From Eimeria praecox (taxonomy: Eukaryota): 64,000 nucleotides of DNA. Below the pieces are notes generated by a model. That model worked only from the letters and a program-made list of their open reading frames with translations. It was not told the origin of the DNA and made no database searches. The DNA is taken from assembly GCA_963920595.1 (NCBI GenBank), contig OY986946.1, forward strand, positions 8,122,001 to 8,186,000, in the 5' to 3' direction. Below are positions 33,154 to 45,175 of this stretch, in pieces; positions within the stretch are counted from its first letter, which is position 1, and each line of letters opens with the position of its first letter. Made by a program: the position numbers and the translations under genes.

Positions 33154-36100
33154 TTTCTAAATATTCAATATGGCGAATCCTACGGCAGTCATTGCACAGT
33201 TCAGACCACGAACAGTGCCCCCTATTGCGCTCCAAAAGGACAATACCATTCATGTAAACCCAATAAAAGACCACAAAGCAACAAAGAAGTGTTCATAAAC
33301 CATGAACGGAAGCAGGCTATGCACAATGGGGACTCAGGCGAAAATATGCCGTACACTCGAAAGTGGGCATAAAACAGACTTATAGGGTGTTTCCCTGTGA
33401 TCCATATAACAGCATAATTCTACTTTGCTGCAAATCTGGAGAAAACGATTGGCTGTTAGTGCTGCTAGGGGGTCAAATCCGCCGCAAGCTGTGGAGCGCC
33501 GACAGCCATGACCAGCACGCACGATCATCAGACCACCCAGCACTGCCAATGAAGCGCATTCTTGACTCACTAGGAAAAGAAGGAAAGAATTGCGGTGGGT
33601 AAACTAGAGAACAAAGAAAGAAAATCAGAAGAACTCACCGAAAGTGAATGTGTCACTCAATGAACACTGGTGAAATGATACAGGACGGCTCGCCGCACCC
33701 CGGGCTGGGCTGGGCCGTAACCTCTATTACTTCTTGACCCCGTTATCGCACACCACAGCATATCTATTATATTCACTGTCAAAAATGCAACTTGTTGACT
33801 GCTCCCGGAGATTCTTCTGAATTAAAGGCCATCATAGGCACGCAAATCCAAACTGCTGCGAACCCCAGCTCTCACAGCGCCAACCAACACACTCGATTGC
33901 ATGCTGTTTCATCACGTTGCTGCTGCTGTAGCTCCGCCACGCCATCAGTGCCTTCGAAGTGCAGTACAAACCCGTGAAAGTTAACAGGCTGATAGTTCCT
34001 CATCTTCCAGAGTAGCAAGTAGAAGGGGCACCTCTGGAAGGAATGCGGCAAGGCGTATGCCAACTTTGCAGCACGGTCTGTGTGATTTCGGCACTCGTAT
34101 CTCTATTGACTACGGAGGCCAAGTAGTTTAACAACTGCCTACACTACAGGCTAAAATGCTGTCACACATAGCGAAAGAATTGGTTGAAAGGATTGGCTGC
34201 GCTCACAAGCGGGTCTGCCTTGCAGCATTAGTTATAGCATGGTGCGTTGTAGCTGACGACAGGCAGAATCCTCCACCCGCCAGCCCCAGGTTCTTGGGCT
34301 ACTGTGCGCAGGATGCTTGGATGCTGGGGAGTCAGCATTTTGGGCGTAACTCGTTCTGAAGTTTTTACTCTGTTGCAGCCCACTAACTGAATGCGTGCAG
34401 GCATAAAAGCCGTGTAGGAAGCAGCGCTGTGCTGACGCTTTGTTCTCTACTTCAGCTGAAGACGAACTGAATACGTACAGGCTTGTAGGCCACGCAAAGA
34501 GAAGCCTCTCCGACAAGACACAGGTGGATAGGCACGTGTGGAGGGGATATATGGGTAGAAAAGGAACATACATGCACAAACACTCTTCCAATTAATTTTA
34601 ACACATTATATAGGTCGGACGCAGAAAGACCCTTAGGAAGGGACACAGATGTACCCTGGCGGACCAACGAAGCCCGAGAGACGGCTGATGCGGATTGTAA
34701 AAGGAGTCGTCGAACTTATTCAAGGATTATCGTGAGCTGAAATTGTGTCAGTAAACGATGTGAGTTCCCAAGGAACAGCTGGCCGCATGTCCATTCATCA
34801 GGTGTTCTGCTCACAGCACAGGGCCTGGGGATGGTGGGGAGATGAGTGGTTCCCCATGAGTTGCAACACTTCTTGCTGTAGCCTTTGCTGCAAGGCAAAC
34901 CAGTCTGAGAGCATATCATATCCTCCTTTTGAAGCATGGACTAACACAGTAGACAGCTTTTAAGCGCTTGCTTGCCAGTCAGCTCTCAGCCTGCAAGCAA
35001 ACGGAAATGTATGGGCCGATTTAGGAGAGATCATGCTCCATGTTCGACGGGTGGCGCGGCGCGCTGCTTGCACACGCGCACGCTCTGCGTCTGATCAAGG
35101 CCCCTACACTGGTGGTGTCCCTTTGCAGATGTCAACGCACTGCTGTAGGGAGCCTATGCCGCTAAGAAAGCATGAGGGTTGGGAATTGGTGCGTGTTGCT
35201 GAACCCCTGGCAGAGTACTCCCTGCGACACCAACACCTGGGCAGCACTTGAGTTGATTGAGTGTTGACTGGCCACGATGCAGTTCATCCAGTCAAAGCAG
35301 CTCGTGATAACGGGGGATACAGTGGGATTATCATGTGGCTTCATCAGCTCATTCTGAGAGTCCACGCCGTTGGATCTTCGAGGCGCCACATTGCAACGTT
35401 CTTCCATTTCGCTCAATGAGCTCGCAGTTCCCCTAACGTATTGTTGAAGTACATCAGTTCAGAACTCAGAGTTTAGTGTTCGATGGCGTGTTCTTCCAAG
35501 GAGCTGCCTTTGGAAGAACACCGTCCTGCCGCACAACGGAGTTCGTTCGTCCTAACCAGACCCGCCACCCCTTTTGTTAAGCAAGTTATAGCTAGCTTCT
35601 CAGTTATCCAGTAAGCCTAGGTAGCTAAGTGGTTGCACATTTGCACCAGCGCGAAAATGCATGAGCAGCTACCCAGAAAATTAGCTAAAGATAGTTCGGT
35701 ATGTAGCTACTCTGCTGTGCGTTTCCTATTATCTCTTAAGGGAGCGGCGAGTAAAGCTCCTTTTCGCTCCGCCATTCTTCTTCTCTCCGCCATTCCTTAT
35801 CAACGCATCAGCAAAATGGTAAGGCGAGGACAAGGAAAACAGATATGGGCGCACACCAGAGAAGCGAGATAAACCGGCTGGGGGGAAACGACCCGAGAAG
35901 AACACAACGGAGAGATAAAGGAATGATCCAGCGAGGTAGAACACTGCCGATATATACATGCGCACGCATATTGGAGCCGGGAAGCAGTGTCAGACTGGCG
36001 AAAGGCAGCTCAAGGGCCCACCCTTGAGCTAGAAAGTTTGAGTTGTTCTGTTTCGAAATCGTTACTTGTTTTATGGGTTTGCTCAGCTTTCGGCTACTTG

Positions 36101-36281
36101 GGTTTGCAAAGGGCTCGTACTATTAGCATTAACGCCTATTTCCGTATACAGACATTCGCGTTCTCATTAACGCTCATCTACTAACATGGAGGCATACTGA
36201 TTCATGCAAACAGTGGTTGGCTCACGTAAGGCTCCACTCTTGATGCAGAAGCATTCATTTGTCCGCATAAAAGCAGTGTTC

Positions 36282-39200
36282 TCACTCAGGCGTTGGGAGA
36301 GGCAGCTCGTCCTCCCCAATCCTCAAGGCAGTAGAGGGGCTACCGGGAAGTGGCAGGCTTCCCACCTCTCCGTCTTCAGCGATACCCCGCCGCTTCTCCC
36401 TTGCACCCAGGCGCGTGTTTTGGTGCATATTTCGGACTATGTTTCGAAGACGCGTTAGCAGGCAGTCAACTGCCCTCGCAGCAGGAGATAGCTGCCCGGG
36501 GCCCCCGGGGCCCCCAAACACAGCAGGGCCCCCCCCAGCGCCCGAACGAATAACTGCTGCACCCAAATGCTGCAGCATTGGGGGCCCCCCGGTAAGCCCA
36601 CACGGCACAGGGCGAGCCCGAGCTGCGCGAGAACGCGTCATGTAAGAGGGCCCCCCTTCATCATCCTGTGGGCAAAACCTGCGAGAGGCCAGCTGCATGC
36701 AAGTGAGGAGTGTGTCTAGTTGAGATGATTTGAGGGTAAGGGGCAGAGGAACAACAGCAGGCGGCGAAGCTGGTGCTGCTGCGGAAGCTGTGGTCTCCAA
36801 GTCACCCTCTTGCAGCAGCGGCTGCTGCTGCTGTTGCTGCGGCGGCGGCGGTTGGGTGCCTGGTCTGTCTATAAGCAGACAGCCCGGGACGAAGCAGCGT
36901 TGTGGTGTCCCCCACAAGGGAGCTTCACTTGGAATGCTCACAACACGGCCGGGCACAACAAGTCCCTTCGTTGTTGCTGGGAGAAAGTAGCCGTCGTTCA
37001 TGTTCTCTACAAACACCTCAGCACTGTCGCTTTCCCCCTCTCCCCAGTCTTCTCCGCGGCAGCTCGTCGGATCCTGCGGCTCAAAATGAGCAAGTAAAAG
37101 AGAAGGCCCCTTTAGGACTCCGTTCCACAGGCCCTTTCATTCTATCATCACTGGAGTCAGGGGCCAAGCACCAAGCACATGACGACGCCGTAAACGACAC
37201 TCCCCACCTCCACACACACAGCCCAGCCAACAGCATTGAACGAGACAAAGAAGCACGCATTAAGAAAGAGACGAAGGCCTTAGCGAAAAAACATTTGCTC
37301 ACGCAAACACTAACCCAGGAGTTGGAAATAGGCTATGGAAATTGAAGTGGCACTCAGTAGAGGGTATGCAAATCCAAACACAGCGAGATGTCGAGCAAGA
37401 GAAACACTATCGGTTTCCACTCATGTGGGCACCCAAGGGACTCCACAAGAGGCAAAACAGTTTGCATCCCGCAAGGAAGCATGCAAACTGCGTCAATGGG
37501 CTCAATGCACGCTTTATGAACAGGGGAACACCAAAAAATAGCCCAAAGCAGGGTCACACAGAATACGCAAATGCACACAAGCACGTACACTGCACCCCAC
37601 GCAGGAAAAAAGCGGAGGAACTACCTTTAGAGTTGAATGCAAGGCCTCCCTATGCAGCAGGTGGTCGCTGTAGGCGTCAAAAGGCAAAAAGTTGCGATCA
37701 TTAAAACTCCTCATGAGCTCCGTCCCGCACTCAGCCGACAGAGCCGCCACCGCCTGTACAGACAGCACGCCACGCAGAACTTTCTTCTCATTAGGGTCCA
37801 TGATTACCCTCCCTATTCCCCCTTCTTACTTCAGTGATAACCACGTTGCAACTCTTAGACCAGCAGTATTCAAAATTACAAATAAACCTATAATAATTAA
37901 TCCTTCCACCCCCCCTCCCATGCTGTTAAGCTGCGGCGGTTCGTCCTCCAATTCTATTGAATTTTGTGCCACACGTCGGACAAGTAATACGAGCTCCGCA
38001 CACCAGACAGCCAAAAATGCCAAAAAAACAACGGCAGGTCCCCCACACCCCTACAGCCCAAAGCCAGTAGATACCGCAGCGCTTTCACCCCTTTCTAGCA
38101 TGCGGCCCTCAATCGCACAGGGACAACTCTCTACTGCCTTCCATTTCTCGTTTTCAACCTTCATCATTCCCCTTTCAAATTGTGCTTTATCGTTCGTATT
38201 TTGCTTTGCATACTGCATAACCCATTTCGTGCTCTATCTTTCTGATGTCGTCCTTCCCACAAGTTTTAATTTTCGTCTTTTTCACTCAGATTCGCACCTC
38301 ATGCACGAGCTCCTCTCTACGAATTTGCTTCGAACCAATATGTCTGTTCTTCTTCTTGATGCGGGTCCCGTCTTCCAACTCCTGCAACTTCCTCTTCAGG
38401 CCAAACTTGAACTTGAAGCGGTAGTAGAAATCCTGAAGTCGCATTGAGACAAATCTACGAGCAGAAAAATGGGTGCAAGCGCATTTGAAAAGGTTTGAAC
38501 GCACGGCACACATTTGGGGGCATCCGAGCTCGAAGCACAAGGAAACGCACCTCAGTACACGTGATTGCATGAGAAAGCATCTACATGCACGGACGCAAAC
38601 TCACAACGCACATTAAAGCGCATTTAAGTAGAGTAATAAGGGCCAAATGCACAGTTCACTTAGTGCATTTGAATCCATTTGAAAGCAATTAGGAATAACC
38701 AAATATGCTTTCACACCCTTGAACATATCTAGACAAAGGCAGAAGCATCTACATACACTGCAGCCCCACACAAATAACGGAACAGCCCGAGACATTGCTA
38801 GGAAGGCTCAGAAGCCAGTTTCTAAAGTTGTATGAGCTTATTCAGCGCAGCCCAACACAAATATCCATATTCACACCACAACAAGCCGACAAAATGGTGA
38901 ATTAATGACTGCTTTTCGGATTCCATTAAGATCCGTGACGATGCATAAAACGCATCCGGCGTTAAGACGCATCACACGCACACATGCACACACACACACC
39001 CATGAGGGGCGCGTATATTTCTGTGATGTACTACAATGCAATGGAATGCAAGGAAGTGCAAGCAACTGCGACTACACCCAACGAAAAGGCCTGAGGAGTA
39101 ACGACAGCTGAGAAGTAGTGAAGCCTTGTTGCATGCGCTGAGGTGCACCGTTCTGTCCTCTGCAAGTAGGTAGCATGCCACGGCATGAGACACCATAAAA

Positions 39201-40727
39201 CAAAAGACTGCCAAGACCACAACGAAGTCCAGGCCAAAGGAAAAGGAGAAAAGATATGTTTCAGGCAGCAGGCCAGGAAGCATATACTGCTGCCGGCCCA
39301 TAACTTACGACACAGTCTCTGGTGGTTTTGCCATCCAGGCAAGCTGCGATCTTCTCGAAGTTCTTTGGGTACATGAGGTACTTCTCTACGAACGTTCGAG
39401 CCTCCGCCTCCGCCCACACCGTCACCGCCTTTCTTTCTGCCTCTTGTTCAACCGGCTCAAACACCTGAAACACAGCGCACAACTCAAACGTAGAGATCCA
39501 TCAAGGCCATGCAAAAACGCCTCTCTGAAACCTGTAAGCAAGCACCCGTGATCACAACGCGGAAACGTTGGCGCCGCCCCAAGCGTGTGACCTGGCAAGG
39601 CCCACGCACCAATGGCGAATGCATGCTTAGATCGATCTTCGGTAAGCACAACAGCACCAGCAGTTGGCAATGCTGTGTGTGCTACCACCCACAGCGAGGC
39701 TGGATGCTCCTCTGTCATTTCAACACCGATAGATCCCCAAGGAGCCGTTTGTGTGTTTATGCGTTAGTTCGTGTCACTTCCTGCATTTTGCGTGTGTTTT
39801 TGATACGTGCCAACCAGTAAGTCAACGTGTAAATCGTACTCTGGTGCTGTTGCACGTGTATCCACACTCTCTTTCCCAGTCGAAGATGGCCCAGTCGGGA
39901 TCGGTTTGAATGAGTTCGATGGGCTGTACTCCTCCATTTTCTTGCTGTTGTTTTTGCAGCCTTTGCCTCAAGCTTTGTCCTTGGGAAAAAAGGCACGACT
40001 CCCTCCAGAATACCCCTGGCCCAGTCAAATTAGAAAAATTCGCCTGCATCCACTCCCGCTTGCTTTCCCGACTTGCCGCCTCCTCCTTCGCGCGCTGCCT
40101 GTCGTTTCCCGCGTCCCCACGCAGTGTTCGCCGTCCTACGCACTCAAACCCTTAACCCTAAGATCTGCATTACGAGCCCTAGACCCCCAACCCCGTATGC
40201 TCACCCACTCTAGGCACAGACGAAGGTGGTCGATCGCATGCGATGCAGAATGCCCAAGCTGCAACTCCTCTTGAAGCATTCCCCCCCAAAAGGAGTACGT
40301 GCATTTAGGCCGGTGCCTAGAGTCTTAAAATGCGTGTGAACATCCAAACACGCGTGTGTATAAGAATGCACCAGCATCTACCCATGCAAAAGCATCTGTA
40401 GGCGTATTGATGCATGCATCATCACACATATATACACTGCATGCATATGGAGATGCATAAATATGCATATGCATACGTAGATGCATATCTGTTACGTGAG
40501 CACATTTGAGCATATCTTGATGCACGTTCGTAAGTTTGCGTAGGGGCTACGGACACCGCAAGGATTGGGAGCAGCTGTATTTGTCTAATTGTGCGTGATG
40601 CTGTGTACGCATGGGCGTGCGCGGGCTTGTGCGTGTGTGTACATGTGTGTGCGTATGTATGTATGTATGCATGTATGCATGTATGTATGCATGTATGCAT
40701 GTATGTATGTATGTATGCATGTATGTA

Positions 40728-40794
<67 letters not shown>

Positions 40795-43700
40795 CCTACC
40801 AGAAGCGTCTGTTTGTCGCCTTGGATTATTGCGGTCGCTGGCAGCAGCACTGGCCTCTTCAGCAAGCTCCCGTTGGCTTTGTTTCTCGTACGGCTCCTTC
40901 GGACTACCCTGCCTGAAGCCCGCCGGCAGAGCCATTAATAGCGACGGGTGATCTAAGGCGCGCACCGGCAGTACCCCCCAGCCAAAGGCATCTCCTTGCA
41001 GCAGCCGCCTCCGTTCCAGCTGGCGCCGCCAGCTGTGTACACACAAATGCAAAGCGATGATGTACCAGACACATGCAAACAGAAAAAGGCAGCCACAGCC
41101 GAGGAAGCAAACAAATAAAAGGAAAAAACAAAGGCATGGTGGCACACAACAGTCGTTTCTGCTGTGTTCACCATATAGAGAGGTGTAAGCTGAGTACCCG
41201 CTACTAAGGGAAAAGCTGACTCCATGCCAAACTGTGTGAATATGAAAACAAGCTTCACTGGCTTGGCTCCGTGACGATGCATGAGAAAACGCAACACAAA
41301 ACCAAGGGAATGAATGCACCCAAATAGAACGACCAAGTTCTACCTAAACAAACGCCCTGGGCAAAAGCCCACAAGCAAACCCAAACGCACATCCCAGCCG
41401 AAGCCCCTCACCACCTCCAAGTTTTGTACATTGCCCTGCAGACGATCTTTTGCTGACGCAGGAGAAACGTGAGGCGCTGCTGCCTTTGTGCGATTTGCTG
41501 CTGCACCGTTTGCAGGCTGCTGGGGCAAACAGGGGGCCCCTGCGGACTGCGGGGGCCCTTTTCCAGAAGCCGCAGGTCCCAAGTCCATGGCTGCTCCTGA
41601 GGCCCTCGTTTATAGGGCAGAGCAAAGGCGACAACAACCCCGGGGTCCTCATCGGGATACGGCATGAGGCTGCTGAAGGTAAGCTGAATGTCTACGGGCT
41701 CCCCCTCAGGTTGCTGCTGCTGCTGTTGCTGCTCGCCTGCTGCTGCCAGAAGCGCCACAGCGCGCCCCGCAGACACCCCGTAACGTGGGAACACGGACAG
41801 CCACTCGTGCAGTTTCTGCAGCCGCACCAGCTGCTGTTGTTGATGCTGCTGCTGCCGGTTCTCGGTTCCGCTATCGGTGGTACCTGCTGCCGCTACAGCT
41901 GCCGTTACTTGGGTGTTTGCCTGTCCGTTCTCATCTGAGAACACAGCAACATCGGGATCCCCAACCGCTGCCGCTGCTGCCGCTGCATCTGCGGCATTGA
42001 CGGAGTCTATAACAGATGCCAGCAACACAAGCTGCTGCATCGAGATGCCTCGGCACAAGCCCTTCAGCTGCTGCAGCAACTGCTCGAGGGCATGCTGCTG
42101 CCGCCGCTGCTGCTTGCTGATTAACTTCAGCGCGTCGTCTACAGTCAAAGGGGATCCAAAGTGACTCTCCGGATCCCCAGTCTCCTCTAAACTCGGCCCT
42201 GCTGGTGCAGCTGCAGCATTGGCTGTCTGTGTTGACGCTGCAGTTGCCGTTCCTCCTCCGCTTGCTTCGGCCGCTGCTTCCGTTGCTTCTGCTGTTACTG
42301 TTCCATCTGAGTCCGCTGCAAAAGCTGAACGACGCATACGCAGTCTTCGCAGTCTTAGTATAGGATGAAGGGGCCCCTGGACGCCCCCATGGTCTGCTGT
42401 AGGCGTGACATGATGGCGCAACCCCTTCTCATATCCAGGCGGTAGAAGCAACTGTGCCTTGCAGCACACTGGTTGCTGCTGTATCTGCTGCAGGAGCTCC
42501 TGCGGGAAGAGGTCTCGCCTAAGAAAGAGCACGAGCTGCTCATTGCACGCAGCAGATACACCACCAGCAGCAGCAGAGCGGAAAGACGGGCCCTCCTCCT
42601 CATCCTCTGGGGGCGGAGGCGGCACCCACAAGGGGCCTCTCCGATGCAGCTGTTGCTCTCCCGGTAGTCCAAGTCGCCGCAGGCCTGCAATACCAATGGG
42701 TTCACCAACAGCAAGGGAGCCCGGCGAAGCAGCGGCAGCAGCAGCGAAGGCGGGGGGCGGCGGCGGGATGCGAAGCTCCACAGTGGCGACGCGGCAGATA
42801 TCCCGTAGTAGCGGCATCCCAGAAGCAAAGGCCTGAGACTGGTTTGCTGCTGCCAAACTATCGAACATGGGGCCCTCAGCTGGGAGCCAGGGAACCCTCC
42901 TGACCCCTTCACTTGCTGCAGCAGCCACGCTTGGTGGCAGCAGCGCCTCTGCTGCTGCTGCCGCGGCAGCGGCCGCCTCAGACCCGTTTGCAGCAGCTGT
43001 TGCTGCAATGGAAGCGGCTGCAGCAGCAGCAGCAGCAGCCTCTTCCGGGGTAAGGCTGCATTCTGCCTTGGTCTGGGAAGCAGCGAGGCACAACACATCT
43101 AGCGGCGGCCGGTGTCGTTGTGCCTCACCCCACTCCCGCGGGGCCCCTCGGGCCCCCCTTCGTTTGCCCCTGGGCAGCTGCCTTCCCGCTGATTGCAGCG
43201 CCGCCCGCAGCAGTGCTCTGCACGGGTGAGACCATACTGCGGCTGGGCCCCCTGCTGCTGCTGGATTGCCGCCATCTAGCGTGTCCACGCCCTTGAAGCC
43301 CTCCTCGTCCTCCAACTCTCCTTCGTCGCCGTGAGAGGCCTCTGTCTCGCGCTGCTGCGACTGCTGCTGGTGTTGCTGTTGTTGTTGCTGCTGCAGGGGT
43401 TGTCCAGGGTCTTCAGCAGCACCTGCAGCGAAGGCAACCGTTGCTGCTGCTGTTGCTGCGGCCTCCCGTTGCAGCGCTGCCACATCTGCATCGACCGCCT
43501 CCAAAGCCAGGCGCAGCCTCTCCTCTATTCTGCTAAGGGCCTCTACAGCAGCAGGCCGGCTGTTGAGATGCTCAAGGCCCTGCGGGTGCTGCTGCAACTG
43601 CTGTTGCTGCTTCAGCTGCCGCAGCTGCTGCTGCAGACTCTGCACAAATTCCGCCATCGCTTCGGCTTCTGCAACTACTGCCGCCTCCTCAGGGCCATGC

Positions 43701-45175
43701 AGACCTCCTGCGGCCATCAGCGCCGCCTCCTCTTCAGGGGTAAACGGAGGCAGGCAAGCGGCAGTAGCTGCAGGAAGATTTGCTGTGCCGCTGCTCTCCC
43801 TCAAGCTCCCGTGTGCCGCTGGCACCAACTCCGCGGCTCCACCTCCACCTGGTGCTGCGGCTGCTACTTTTGCTGAGGCGACTACTACTGGTGAAGCTGC
43901 TACTGTCGCAGCTGGCCCTCCTGTTACAGCCTCTGCTTCCACCGTGGGGTTGCTGCCTACCCCGGAGCAAGCAGGAGGTCTCCATGGCCAGCGTTCTTGT
44001 TGCTCTGTGGCAGTGGATGGCCCCAAATGGTGGGGAACAGCACCAGTTTGTAAACAGGAACCTGATGCTGCGCCAGTAGCTGTTGTTGCATCTTCAGTAT
44101 CAAAACTTTCTGCTGTGCCGACCTCTGCTGCTGGCGCCACTGTTGCTGCTCCTAAAGCTGTGGTAGCAGCTTCCCGCCTTCTCTCTTTTTCAACCTCCAT
44201 ACCTGTTGGAGGCTCTAGTGCAGCGGAAGCATCAGCAGCTTCAACTGCAGCTGCGGCTGTGTCCAGTGCTGTTGCAGTATTAACTGCCGCTGAAGAGTTG
44301 GAAAACTCCGAAGACTGAACACCGTCAAAACCTCGGGGCCCATCTGCTTGCTCCAACTGTTGCTGCTGCTGCCTCAGTTCATCCTGTTGTTGCTGCTGCT
44401 GCTGTTCTGTAGGCTGTTGCGCCAGCTCATGCTTAGCCTCTTCACTGCTAACGGTGGAGGCTTCTCTGGTGCCCAGAGAAGGCTCCCCAGAAGGGTCCTC
44501 AATATGTACAGAGGAGGAAATTATGCAATGTTGCTGCTGCCGCAGCAGCAGCCCTTTGTCCTGTGAGTCCACGTGCTGCCGCGTCGGCTCCGCATCGGCA
44601 TCAAGATTCGCTGCGATATCAACCGGACTTTGTTGCCGTTGCTGTTGGAGCTGCTGCTGATTCTGCTGCTGCTGTTCCTGTGCCAGGCGTTGCTGTTGCT
44701 GCAGCTTGTGTAGGGCAGCAAGGCCTAGCCCTAGATTGCGGGACCTGGCGTCAGGGTCATCTGCAGCTGGTGCTGGATCACCGCTGCCCCTGCTGCTGCC
44801 CCTGGTGAAGCCTGTGCAGCGCAGCAGCCCAGACAGGGTTCCACTGGAGTCAAGCGGCTGCGTTGCAGCAGTTAGCTGGCCGAAATCCCCCGCGCTGCCA
44901 GAGGCAGGGAGCACATGGATGGAGGAGAGCGAAGGCAACAGTATGTCCACGCTATCGTCCTCCTCTAGGACTGATTGCATGCGCCTTAGCAGCTCATCTC
45001 CCTCCGCTGAAACAACAGCCCCCGCAGGGGAAATCGCTGCAGCATCTGCTGCTGCTGCAACAGAAGGCGCCCCTTCATCATGAGGGGACGGGGTGAGCAG
45101 TGAGGGGCCCCCAGTGACAGTCGAGGAGCTCCGGGCCTCTTTGGGAGTTGATGTCTTGCCACTCTCTAACGGCAT
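36282..45175 (-). CDS. Large SANT/Myb-domain protein, NCoR/Snt1-like, rich in poly-Ala/Gln tracts
   Basis: First exon about 45175-41412 (ATG MPLESGK), then 41032-~40800, ~40044-39840, ~39464-39308 (VWAEAEARTFVEKYLMYPKNFEKIAACLDGKTTRDCV), ~38432-38298 (DFYYRFK), further exon(s), and a last exon ~37071-36282. The W..E...F...Y..YPKNF.KIA..L..KT..DCV.FYY..K motif is the NCoR/Snt1-type SANT signature. Confidence 0.78.
40631..40792. repeat. (GTAT)n/(GCAT)n plus (GT)n compound microsatellite, intronic
   Basis: Directly visible. Confidence 0.95.

Noticed and set aside
41450..45096. Many plus-strand and alternative-frame ORFs over the SANT gene (likewise over 13.7-15.1, 20.5-23.2 and 62-63.4 kb)
   Set aside because: Antisense or frame shadows of GC- and CAG-rich coding exons.
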